From: Caldivirga maquilingensis IC-167
Lineage (GTDB): Archaea > Thermoproteota > Thermoprotei > Thermoproteales > Thermocladiaceae
Assembly: GCF_000018305.1 (NCBI RefSeq)
Contig: NC_009954.1
Span: 1,500,001 to 1,532,000, forward strand
DNA: 32,000 nucleotides
Direction of reading: 5' to 3'
Below the pieces are notes generated by a model. The model was not told where the DNA came from, did no database searches, and worked only from the letters and a program-made list of their open reading frames with translations. The position numbers were made by a program, and so were the translations under genes. Position 1 is the first letter of the stretch. The number at the start of each line of letters is the position of its first letter. This document shows positions 8,730 to 17,344 of the stretch, piece after piece.

Positions 8730-9686
8730 TCACTCAGTTACCATATAGACTGGTGGCTGAACCCTATTGAGTGCATCGTTAATTACATCAATGGGCCTTA
8801 GAGTGTTGGCGAATTCAGGCCTTAGAATAATCCTATGGCTTAATGCCGGTGGTACAGCCACCTTAACGTCATCTGGGGTTACGTAATCCCTACCGTTGAG
8901 TAGGGCTATGGCCCTTGATAACTTAAGTACGCTTATTGAAGCCCTGGTGCTTAATGGTAGTAGAAGCCTCCCATCACTCCTAATGGCGTCAGTAATATTC
9001 ATTATGTAATCAATAACATCATCACTAGCGTAAACCCTAGAGGCTTGGTCCATTAAGTCCAGGAAGTCATCAATGACCTTAGGGTTATTATCCCGTGAAT
9101 TCACCATGGATTCAATACTATTGAGACTGGATAGGATGCGTCTCTCATTATCCCTATCAACGTAACCTATGGTTAAACTAGCCATGAACCTATCCAACAC
9201 GGCTATGGGTAATTGCCTAGTTATACCCAACTCCACCTCCTCAACATTCATCGTGGCTAAAATCACATGAGGTTTAGGTAATTGAAGCGGGTTTCCATCC
9301 AACGTAACCTGAGCCTCCTGCATTGCCTCAAGGAGGGCTGATAATGTCCTTGGCGGGGCCCTATTAATCTCATCTAGTAGAACAACGTTGGCGAATATTG
9401 GACCCTTAACAACCCTAGCCTCCCCATCCCTAGTATAGGCCACGAAGCCGAGTATGTCTGATGGGAGTGTCTCATTAGTTACCTGAACCCTCTTGAAACT
9501 ACCCCCAATGGCCTTGGCTAGGGCCTTGGCTAAGGTTGTCTTACCACTACCCACAGGCCCCATTAATAATGCGTGGCCACCAGCCATGACTGTGGCTAGG
9601 AGCACATTAATTGCGTAGTCGTTACCCATGAAGACTCCACTAATGAAACCCCTAATTCTGTTAAGGGCCTCAGTAACACTGCTCAT
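8730..9686 (-). CDS. MoxR-family AAA+ ATPase
   Basis: 318 aa. Walker A is LMGPVGSGKTTLAKALA, followed by FKRVQVTNETLPSDILG. Walker B/sensor is VVLLDEINRAPPRTLSALLEAMQE, and LPIAVLDRF is also present. Confidence 0.9.
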   Translation of the reverse strand: MSSVTEALNRIRGFISGVFMGNDYAINVLLATVMAGGHALLMGPVGSGKTTLAKALAKAIGGSFKRVQVTNETLPSDILGFVAYTRDGEARVVKGPIFANVVLLDEINRAPPRTLSALLEAMQEAQVTLDGNPLQLPKPHVILATMNVEEVELGITRQLPIAVLDRFMASLTIGYVDRDNERRILSSLNSIESMVNSRDNNPKVIDDFLDLMDQASRVYASDDVIDYIMNITDAIRSDGRLLLPLSTRASISVLKLSRAIALLNGRDYVTPDDVKVAVPPALSHRIILRPEFANTLRPIDVINDALNRVQPPVYMVTE

Positions 9687-9702
9687 TCAGTATGCGGGTT
9701 GA

Positions 9703-10542
9703 TTAAGTGTTTTTATGTTTTGCCAAAGCCAATGAGGCTATGATTAATGGAGCCATAACCATAATGTAGTTCACAGGCCTTAGACTTAAGTAGGCGTAGG
9801 CCTCAATGAAGAATCCCCTAAGCCTCAACTGGGGGTTATTGGCTAACAGTGGCTCAAGGAACCCCACAGTCCTATTAACGCATAACGCCTTTAGGAGTTG
9901 GGAATTATTGAATTCACCAATGAGTGAATTCATGAAGACTGATGGCGTTGAGGCAACAATCAAGTAACCCCTACCGTACTTAACATAAACCATGACTGGG
10001 TAAGGCCCCACAGTTGAGGAGACTAGGCTGGATTGGCTTGAATAAGCCATAACAGTGGCGCCACCTGAAACCACTATTGGTGACGCATTATCTAGGACTA
10101 CGGTTAATGACTCATTAACAATAGTAGTATTAACCACAGTACCTATTATCACGTAGGGGTTACCTAGGTTAAACAATGGATCCGTAATAACGCCACCACC
10201 AATAGTCACGTTAACGTGGAGCCCGCTTAAAACCGCGTTCCCATACATTAAACCATTACTCAACACTACTAACCAACCACCATTAGTCAAGAAGCCCCTT
10301 AACTCATTAATTAATCGAGCGGATGGAGGCGTCTGCGGTATCAGGATTAATAATGATGCATTATTCACATTACTCAAGCCGTATAATTGCTTAAACCCGC
10401 ATAGGGCTGAGGCCCTGGAGTAACCATCCCAATTGGGGTTATTGACATCATAAGGTATGTTAGTGGGCGCCATTGATACAGCAATCAGTATGGTTAATAA
10501 GACCACCATCGCCAAGGCTACGGCCACTAGGCTAGTCCTCAT
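9703..10542 (-). CDS. Membrane-anchored protein of the MoxR operon (DUF4350-like by position and architecture)
   Basis: 279 aa with N- and C-terminal TM helices flanking a soluble domain. It overlaps the upstream gene by 11 nt and ends 16 nt before MoxR. The family assignment is inferred from conserved operon position, not from motifs. Confidence 0.5.
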   Translation of the reverse strand: MRTSLVAVALAMVVLLTILIAVSMAPTNIPYDVNNPNWDGYSRASALCGFKQLYGLSNVNNASLLILIPQTPPSARLINELRGFLTNGGWLVVLSNGLMYGNAVLSGLHVNVTIGGGVITDPLFNLGNPYVIIGTVVNTTIVNESLTVVLDNASPIVVSGGATVMAYSSQSSLVSSTVGPYPVMVYVKYGRGYLIVASTPSVFMNSLIGEFNNSQLLKALCVNRTVGFLEPLLANNPQLRLRGFFIEAYAYLSLRPVNYIMVMAPLIIASLALAKHKNT

Positions 10543-12346
10543 GGTTAATCAACCCCCTAAGCAACTCCTCAACACGCTTAACGACACCCTGACTAATAAC
10601 CCTACTGGAGTATACTGCCTCCTCGTAAATACCCAATAACTCACTAACGGTGAGGTACTCCCCACTACTCAACAGGCCCCTGACCCTACTCAAGTACTCC
10701 CTTGGTGTCTCACTGGGGTTAGGTGCGTTACCAGTCTTGTTAATAATATGCCTTAAAGCCTTGGAGAATTGGGTTACGATTATTCTCACGTTGGGGTCAT
10801 TGAGCCTACTTGAATCATAGGGGATTAGTAATGGTAACTGCTTAACCTCAACCCCACTAACAGGGACCTTAACCTCATTAACCCCATGTTCACTAGGGCC
10901 ACTAATACTCCTCCTATTATACATTAGTAGTATGGTTAAGGCAAGGATCAAGGGTGCTGTTAATTGAATAGGGTTAATGACTAGTGCATTGAAGTAGAGT
11001 ATTGATTGAGCGTAGGGTGGTCTTCCACCAGCCACTATAGTGAATTTGTAGACCCCTGAACCAAGGGTTAACGGTAGTTTAACAGGGATGACTTCATGAC
11101 TCCTACTTAAAATGAATGACTCATTACCACTGGGAGTCACTAAGGTTACATTAACCCCAGTAGCATTAAGTGGAGTCAACTCAACCGCAATACCCGTAGG
11201 CATACCGGTGACTAGGGTTGGTGCCTTAACCTTAACACTGGGGCTTAGGGCGATTATTGTGGCGTTAATACTAAGTGAAACTGGGGCGTAGGGGCCCTTG
11301 GGTTCGGCGTACAGGGTGATATTGACTACACCAGGCCTTAGGGGGCTTGTGGGTATTGATGCGTTGAAGAACCCTAACTCATCAGTGGTTGTGTTAATCC
11401 TAATTGAACCAGCCTTAATTGAAACAACCCTACCTGAACCATTAACGAAACCCATTATTATTATTGGTGAACCCCATAGTGTTGGCTTAGCCTCAGCGAT
11501 GATTGTTGAGTTAAGGGTGTTAACAGTAATGTTAACAATACCCCTGGCTGGTAGGTAGGTTGAGTATATTGATGAGTTGAAGACTGCGGTTAAGTCAACC
11601 ACATGCCCGTAAACCCTCAGTGAACTTATGGTTAAGTTAAACCACCCACCTAGACTAGTCTTAGTCACGTTGATTAAGGTATCATTAATCATTACTGCTA
11701 TTGAGGCGTTAACAATGGGTTCACCCAGGGCGTTAATCAACCTACCCGTAACCACTAAACCCTCCCCGGGCACTACATTAGTGGCGTTAACGTGGATAAT
11801 AATCCTTGTTCCAGTGTAGTTCGTGTTCAGTACCCTTAGGAATGATTCATTAAGCCTAATCAAGTAATCCACCAGTGACTTATTATAGGATTCAATGTAC
11901 TGCCCATACTCAGGGGGTAGTATGCTAATGAGCTTAGCCAGGAGTGGGATTAGTGAATTATAGATGCTTGAAGCCTCATTAACACCATTAAGTGCAATTA
12001 ACCTAGCCCCAGTTAAGTTACCGTTAAGGAACGCCTTAGTCATGGATTCATTATACTGCCTCAACTCCAGGAGGCTAAGTAACGTGTTACCAGCCTCCCC
12101 GGTTATGGCGCCTTCAATGACCGGGGCTAGGTTAGTCTTGGCAATGGCCTTGATTAATGATGTTAATTGCGTATTATTCAGTAGTGATGGTTGATTAACG
12201 TAGTATTGGACGAGTGGTGCCGGTGTTGTTGAGGTTACTGTGTAGACGTGGGGGCTTGGTTGGGTGATTAGGCGCGTTAAGTATGCTGAGGTTAGTAGGA
12301 TCGCAACCATTGTTAAGGCTATGGCTATGCTTCTCACATTCACCAT
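10532..12346 (-). CDS. Large extracytoplasmic, sequon-rich protein with C-terminal TM helix and DUF4129 domain
   Basis: 604 aa. It has an N-terminal signal/TM and beta-rich repeats carrying 22 N-x-S/T sequons (hand count) before the TM LTAPLILALTILLMY. The cytoplasmic tail ETPREYLSRVRGLL...LLGIYEEAVYSSRVIS matches the DUF4129 pattern (TP.EY....l..ye.a.Y). Confidence 0.7.
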   Translation of the reverse strand: MVNVRSIAIALTMVAILLTSAYLTRLITQPSPHVYTVTSTTPAPLVQYYVNQPSLLNNTQLTSLIKAIAKTNLAPVIEGAITGEAGNTLLSLLELRQYNESMTKAFLNGNLTGARLIALNGVNEASSIYNSLIPLLAKLISILPPEYGQYIESYNKSLVDYLIRLNESFLRVLNTNYTGTRIIIHVNATNVVPGEGLVVTGRLINALGEPIVNASIAVMINDTLINVTKTSLGGWFNLTISSLRVYGHVVDLTAVFNSSIYSTYLPARGIVNITVNTLNSTIIAEAKPTLWGSPIIIMGFVNGSGRVVSIKAGSIRINTTTDELGFFNASIPTSPLRPGVVNITLYAEPKGPYAPVSLSINATIIALSPSVKVKAPTLVTGMPTGIAVELTPLNATGVNVTLVTPSGNESFILSRSHEVIPVKLPLTLGSGVYKFTIVAGGRPPYAQSILYFNALVINPIQLTAPLILALTILLMYNRRSISGPSEHGVNEVKVPVSGVEVKQLPLLIPYDSSRLNDPNVRIIVTQFSKALRHIINKTGNAPNPSETPREYLSRVRGLLSSGEYLTVSELLGIYEEAVYSSRVISQGVVKRVEELLRGLINHED

Positions 12347-12396
12347 GGTTCATTCACCGGTGGAAATTCATTAACGCATTCAATGCACGGCATCGT

Positions 12397-13128
12397 TCAC
12401 TGTGTGGTTAGGGGTCTTAGGTTTATTAAAATTGCGTTACCCCTAGCCTCCTCACCATCAATGACCACGGGCCTGCCTAGGGATTCCGCTACCAGGGATG
12501 CGACTATTGATGCCATTGGTGAACCAAGCACAGTATTCACTATTGTGCCGTCGTATGGGTTAATTAACCTAGGCCTATTAACCAAAACCACCACTGAGTC
12601 GCCTGTAAATGTTGCCTCAACACCCTTGGCTAAGGATAGGTGGTTCACAATGCAGTTGCTTAACGTTGAATTCAAGTCACTGGACACTGAGCCGACGCTT
12701 AGGCACTCCTCAACGGCCCTAGACCCCATTGACCTAACCTTAATCCCCACATCACCTGGACCGGGACCATACTTAACCATGAATCCCCTAGGCACAATAC
12801 CGCTTAACTTAACGTCACCCCACTGGGGTATGAGGGCGTAGGGCTTAGAGTCCTCAACCATGCTTGAGGGTAGGTAAATGGCCCTTGAAGCAGTGCCCAC
12901 GCTTTCTAGGAGTAGGGCTAGGTTATCCCATGATGAGGATGATAACCTAAGCTCAGTCTCCTGAAGCACACCCTCACCCCAATTAGCCAGTAAACCCACT
13001 AGTGCCGTTGATACGCCGAGTATCATTAATGGTGTTGAATCAATAACCAGTAACCCAATTACCGCAACCCCAATACCAAGGATGATTAGGCTTAGGCCTA
13101 ATTCACCATTCACATTAAACCAAGCCAC
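12397..13128 (-). CDS. Hypothetical membrane protein, first gene of the MoxR operon
   Basis: 243 aa with two N-terminal TM helices and then a soluble domain. It lies 50 nt upstream of the DUF4129 gene on the same strand. A tttaaattaa element at 13131-13140 sits too close to GTG 13128, so GTG 13113 may be the real leaderless start. Confidence 0.55.
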   Translation of the reverse strand: MAWFNVNGELGLSLIILGIGVAVIGLLVIDSTPLMILGVSTALVGLLANWGEGVLQETELRLSSSSWDNLALLLESVGTASRAIYLPSSMVEDSKPYALIPQWGDVKLSGIVPRGFMVKYGPGPGDVGIKVRSMGSRAVEECLSVGSVSSDLNSTLSNCIVNHLSLAKGVEATFTGDSVVVLVNRPRLINPYDGTIVNTVLGSPMASIVASLVAESLGRPVVIDGEEARGNAILINLRPLTTQ

Positions 13129-13170
13129 GTTTAATTTAAATGCTTAGCGCAAACCCAGTAACCGTTAACG

Positions 13171-13178
13171 CTTAAATA
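13171..13178 (+). promoter_or_regulatory. TATA-like box cttaaata centred about 27 nt upstream of ATG 13202
   Basis: It lies in the 73-nt divergent intergenic region between the MoxR operon and the plus-strand island. The spacing fits a leaderless transcript. Confidence 0.35.
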
Positions 13179-13201
13179 CCTGAATCAGCATCCTTAGTGG
13201 A

Positions 13202-13612
13202 ATGTTCACTTCCCTCAAGGAGGCCCAGTTACTGGTTAAGGAATTCCTAAGTAGGAGTATTGATAATGTTGGCTTAAGTCTCATTTCAACAATTAGGAGG
13301 AGGGCTATTAGGCTTAACGCGTGGTGGAGGCTTAACCCAATTAAGAGGGGCCTCCTTGAGGCGGCTTTAACCTACATGAGGCGTGGGGGTTCATTTAAGT
13401 CGAGGATTGCCTTAACCATGATTAAGGATGCCGTGGTGGATGCCTTAACAATAATACTCACAGGCAGCATCAGGTTCATGGCCTACGTAGTGGGGTTAAG
13501 GTTAATGAGTAGGCTTAGCCACATGCCCCACGCCTTAAAGTCCTGGGAATTAATCATACTGGGTATACAATGGTTAAACACACCCCTAATATACAGAGCA
13601 CCATTAATCTAA
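13202..13612 (+). CDS. Hypothetical protein, 10 nt upstream of archaeal ATPase paralog 2
   Basis: 136-aa basic, helical ORF. I recognise no motif. It has a good promoter context and is tightly spaced from the next gene. Confidence 0.45.
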   Translation: MFTSLKEAQLLVKEFLSRSIDNVGLSLISTIRRRAIRLNAWWRLNPIKRGLLEAALTYMRRGGSFKSRIALTMIKDAVVDALTIILTGSIRFMAYVVGLRLMSRLSHMPHALKSWELIILGIQWLNTPLIYRAPLI

Positions 13613-13622
13613 GCCATGCAAA

Positions 13623-14645
13623 ATGAGGCGCATTAAGCTAAGATTCTCAGGGCAGGAGATTGAATTCACAGACCGTGAAGTAGCCATTAGGCAGATTGAG
13701 AAATTGGCTGAGAAGGGTACGTGGAACCCAGTAGTCATATACGGGCCTGAGGGTTGCGGTAAGTCCGCGTTCTTAAAGCAAGCTGTTGAGGTTCTTGGGG
13801 AGTATGATTACTCTGTTGTTAAGGTAAGTCCACTTGAGGATGAGTCCAATGAGAAGTTAAGGTACTCTGAGGAGTTGAGGGGATTGTTCAGGGACATAAT
13901 GACCCGCATACCCACCCCCTTCAATGATGCGTCAGCCTTAATTGACATAGCTATCTCACTACTCTACGATGTGGTGAGGAGGAGGATTAGGCGAAAAATA
14001 GCCCTACTAGCCGATGACGTATTCCAGGCCATTGGCCTAGACAAGGCAGAACTACTAGTTAAAAGACTCCTAAACATGATAGAGTACTCATCGGTTGATT
14101 ATGAAAGGATTGTGGTGATAGTGGCCACAAGTGAGGGGGTGACTTGGGGGCGTATTGGGCGTCATAGGTGGGCTGAGATAATGGCAATGTGGAACATGCC
14201 CAGGGAGGGGTTTGGGAAGCTTTACAACGCATTGCCTGGGCCGAAACCACCATTTGAGGAAGTATGGAGGTGGACGGGCGGGAACCCTAAGGCATTGGAA
14301 ATGCTGTATAAGAAGGGATGGGATATAAATAATGTGGTGAATGAAGTAATCTTTCAACGTAAAGTAACGGAGCTAGTAAGTCAGCTGAACGAGACGGAAA
14401 AGGAGATACTGGAGCAGGCATTGGAGGATCCAGACGTATTACTGAGAAGAATCCGCGATGGAGAAAAACTACTGAACACGCTAATAGACATGAACCTCGT
14501 ATTGAGAGTGCCTGAATTCAGGACTGAGTACTTATGGGTCGACCAACCACCACCTGAGAGGGATCTTGGACTCGGCATTGGCAGGTACTACACGTGGCAG
14601 ACGCCGCTGCACAGGGAGGCTGTGAGGAGAGCCTTGGAAAACTGA
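13623..14645 (+). CDS. Archaeal ATPase family protein (PF01637-like), paralog 2
   Basis: 340 aa. Walker A is YGPEGCGKSAFL and Walker B is IALLADDVFQ. VATSEG and the LGIGRYYTWQTPLHREAVRRAL tail are present. Confidence 0.85.
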   Translation: MRRIKLRFSGQEIEFTDREVAIRQIEKLAEKGTWNPVVIYGPEGCGKSAFLKQAVEVLGEYDYSVVKVSPLEDESNEKLRYSEELRGLFRDIMTRIPTPFNDASALIDIAISLLYDVVRRRIRRKIALLADDVFQAIGLDKAELLVKRLLNMIEYSSVDYERIVVIVATSEGVTWGRIGRHRWAEIMAMWNMPREGFGKLYNALPGPKPPFEEVWRWTGGNPKALEMLYKKGWDINNVVNEVIFQRKVTELVSQLNETEKEILEQALEDPDVLLRRIRDGEKLLNTLIDMNLVLRVPEFRTEYLWVDQPPPERDLGLGIGRYYTWQTPLHREAVRRALEN

Positions 14646-14800
14646 ACATGTTAACGCTAATTCATGGATTATTAAATGAGAGTAATGTGGAGTACACTGT
14701 TCAGTTTAACCATAGCCCTCAAGTACTAGTTAAAGTAATTGAATCAAGTCATGTTGCAGTACACTACCATTCCTAAGGAAATAGAATTAGACTATTTAGA

Positions 14801-15226
14801 GTGAGCGGCGAGTACCCTGCTATTCTTAGGAGGAGGGCCGAGGCCATGCTGGCACTAGCTCAGAGGTTACTGAATGAGGGTGAGTATGATCTGGCAGTAC
14901 TCAATGCGGAGTACGCAGCACAACTATACCTCAAAAGCCTACTCTATAGGTTAACTGGGGAGGAGTGGCGAGGGCACGGTATACGTGAACTCCTTGGGGC
15001 ACTGGCCGTGGCGTTAAAAAACCTAAACCAGGATGAAGGGGCTGATGAGGTGGCGGAGTACGTTAGGAGGTATAGGGCGTATCTAGCGGAGTTGGAGGAG
15101 GGGCATGTTAGGTCCGTGTACGGTGTTTACAGCTACGGGAGGGACCAGGCGGAGGCCCTGGTCTCCACGGCAGGAAACCTCATAAGCTTCCTCCAAAAAA
15201 TAGAGAGGGGGGTTTTCGGCGAATGA
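14801..15226 (+). CDS. HEPN domain protein (PF05168 type), partner of the downstream minimal nucleotidyltransferase
   Basis: 141 aa. LNEGEYDLAVLNAEYAAQLYLKSLLYRLTG...GHGIRELL and LEEGHVRSVYG...DQAEALV fit the HEPN four-helix pattern. No canonical Rx4-6H motif is visible. It starts at a GTG and has an ATGA overlap with the next gene. Confidence 0.7.
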   Translation: MSGEYPAILRRRAEAMLALAQRLLNEGEYDLAVLNAEYAAQLYLKSLLYRLTGEEWRGHGIRELLGALAVALKNLNQDEGADEVAEYVRRYRAYLAELEEGHVRSVYGVYSYGRDQAEALVSTAGNLISFLQKIERGVFGE

Positions 15227-15552
15227 TGGATGAGAGGTTAAGCATGCTCAGGGAGTGGAGGGAATGGGCGAGGGCGGTGGCGGAGGCGGTGAAGAGGGTT
15301 AGGGGGGATGCGGAGGTTTACGTAATTGGGGGTGCAGTCGAGGGTAGGCTTACGGTACTAAGCGACATAGATGTACTCATAGCCCTACCACAAAGCCCAA
15401 GCCTCCAGGAGGCTGCAAAACTAAGGGCAGAGGTATGGGTTGAGATGGAGAGGATGGGACTACCACCACACTTACCAATAGAGCTGCACATAATAGGTAC
15501 GGAACAACTAGCCAGGTACATCAAGGGGAAGCCCGTGGTGAGGTTAGCGTAG
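15223..15552 (+). CDS. Minimal nucleotidyltransferase (MNT, Pol-beta superfamily)
   Basis: 109 aa. VYVIGGAVEGRLTVLSDIDVLIA matches the G[GS]x9-13DxD motif. The stop codon lies 1 nt before the start of ATPase paralog 3. Confidence 0.8.
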   Translation: MMDERLSMLREWREWARAVAEAVKRVRGDAEVYVIGGAVEGRLTVLSDIDVLIALPQSPSLQEAAKLRAEVWVEMERMGLPPHLPIELHIIGTEQLARYIKGKPVVRLA

Positions 15553-15553
15553 C

Positions 15554-16579
15554 ATGAAGCGGGTAAAACTCAGGTTTGCGGACCGTGAGGTGGAGTTCGT
15601 GGATAGGGAGGTGGCAATAAGGCAAATTGAGGAATTGGCTGGAAAAGGCACATGGTGGCCCCTGGTAATCTACGGGCCTGAGGGTTGCGGGAAATCAGCA
15701 CTCCTTAAACAAGCCATTGAGGTGCTTAGAGAATATGGTTACGAAGTTTCATACATAAGCCCACTGTCCAGGTCTGGGGAGGATAGGTTCACCCTCACAG
15801 AGGGATTGAGGCGGTTAGTAACGGGCGTTGGCTCACTGCTAATTGGCGATGCATCAAGACTGATTAACATAGCCGTGGAGTTACTCTATGACGCGGTCAG
15901 GAAAAGGCTCACAGGGAGGATAGCCTTATTAGCCGATGATGTCTTCCAAGCCATTGGACTAGATAAAGCGGAATTGCTCGTAAAGGGACTACTAAACATG
16001 GTAGAGTACCCATCAGTTGATTATGAGAAAATCGTCATACTCGTATCCTCAAGTGAAGGAATAACCTGGGAACGTATTGGGCGTCATAGGTGGGCTGAGA
16101 TAAAGATCATGTGGAGCATGCCCAAGGAGGGGTTTAGGCAATTATATGAGCAAGTACCGGGACCAAAGCCGGACTTTGAACAAGTATGGAGATGGACTGG
16201 TGGAAACCCAGAAATGTTAGAGAGACTCTATGGGGCAGGCTGGGACATTAACGGCATAATCAACGACATGATTAAGGACAGGAAACTAGACATTATGGTG
16301 AAAACCCTAGACAGGGAGCAGGTGCAGATACTAAGGCGGGCCATTGAGGACCCAGATGTGATTTATGATGAGGCGGCTAGGGCTATGCCGCTAATGGATA
16401 AATTAATCGAGAATAACCTAATCATCAGGATATGGTACAGGGAGCAAAGGGTGTGGATCGATCAACCACCTGAAAAAGACCCAGAACTGGGCATAGGCAC
16501 CCACTTCGCCTGGCAGACGCCAATGCACAGGGAGGCCGTGAGGAGGGTGCTGGGCAATGAACTTGAAAGGCATAGATGA
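15554..16579 (+). CDS. Archaeal ATPase family protein (PF01637-like), paralog 3
   Basis: 341 aa. It has YGPEGCGKSALL, IALLADDVFQ and LGIGTHFAWQTPMHREAVRRVL. It shares a 31-nt identical tract with paralog 2. Confidence 0.85.
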   Translation: MKRVKLRFADREVEFVDREVAIRQIEELAGKGTWWPLVIYGPEGCGKSALLKQAIEVLREYGYEVSYISPLSRSGEDRFTLTEGLRRLVTGVGSLLIGDASRLINIAVELLYDAVRKRLTGRIALLADDVFQAIGLDKAELLVKGLLNMVEYPSVDYEKIVILVSSSEGITWERIGRHRWAEIKIMWSMPKEGFRQLYEQVPGPKPDFEQVWRWTGGNPEMLERLYGAGWDINGIINDMIKDRKLDIMVKTLDREQVQILRRAIEDPDVIYDEAARAMPLMDKLIENNLIIRIWYREQRVWIDQPPEKDPELGIGTHFAWQTPMHREAVRRVLGNELERHR

Positions 16580-16967
16580 AAACTACGTGACAAGCCTAAT
16601 GAGGGACATTGAGGGTGTAATAAATGAAATCGTAAACATATCCTCAAAACCATTCAATGAACTATCCACTGCGGAGAAATACGCAATTAGATACGGCATA
16701 ATAGTAATCGCAGAAGCACTAACAGCCCTGGGCATCGAGCCCGAACCCCCAATCCACGCACTCAGGGTACTAAGGGACAACGGACTTTTAACCCTAAACG
16801 AGTGTGATGAACTCGAAAGGCTCATAAGGCTAAGGAACCTCCTCGTACATAGGTACTGGACCGTGGATGATAGGAGGATTTACGAAAACATAAAGGGAGA
16901 CTTCAAACACATACTCAACCTAATTGATAGATTAAAGAGGGTGCAAAACCATGACAACAGTATTTAA
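16557..16967 (+). CDS. hepT: DUF86/HepT-type HEPN toxin
   Basis: 136 aa. RLIRLRNLLVHRYWTVDDRRIYE contains the canonical Rx4H (RNLLVH) motif of DUF86 HEPN RNases. It overlaps the ATPase 3' end by 23 nt; an alternative start is ATG 16599. Confidence 0.8.
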   Translation: MNLKGIDENYVTSLMRDIEGVINEIVNISSKPFNELSTAEKYAIRYGIIVIAEALTALGIEPEPPIHALRVLRDNGLLTLNECDELERLIRLRNLLVHRYWTVDDRRIYENIKGDFKHILNLIDRLKRVQNHDNSI

Positions 16968-17340
16968 GTACTACAGGCTTAATGAGGAGGAGAGGAGGAG
17001 GGTCGCCGAGAAACTGAGGGAGGTCCTCGTAACCGAGGGGGTGAAGTTAGCAATAATCTTCGGAAGCTTCATAGAGCTAGGGAGCTTCAGGGACATAGAC
17101 ATCGCAGTATACCTAGAAGACCCAGGGGACCTTGACAAAATCCTAAGGCTAGGAGTAAAACTCGAAGACACAATCAAAATCCCGGTGGACGTAGTCCCAA
17201 TCCAGGAACTACCACCAAAGCTCAGGCATAAAATACTAACCAAGGGCATGGTCATACTAGAGGAACCAGGCATGTACGAGGCGCTATGGTCTCAAACAAT
17301 GGATGAATTAACAATAATGAACACAACAAACACCCACTGA
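16951..17340 (+). CDS. mntA: MntA-type nucleotidyltransferase antitoxin
   Basis: 129 aa. LAIIFGSFIELGSFRDIDIAVYL gives the GSx10DxD motif, and PVDVVPIQELPPKLRHKILTKG is also present. It overlaps hepT by 17 nt and stops 4 nt before ATPase paralog 4. Confidence 0.8.
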   Translation: MTTVFKYYRLNEEERRRVAEKLREVLVTEGVKLAIIFGSFIELGSFRDIDIAVYLEDPGDLDKILRLGVKLEDTIKIPVDVVPIQELPPKLRHKILTKGMVILEEPGMYEALWSQTMDELTIMNTTNTH

Positions 17341-17344
17341 GCAC

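Noticed and set aside
14594-14776. 60-aa plus-strand ORF spanning the 3' end of ATPase paralog 2 and the following spacer
   Set aside because: It overlaps the conserved C-terminal tail of the ATPase in another frame and has no recognisable motif. The 155-nt spacer is better explained as the promoter region for the HEPN gene at 14801.
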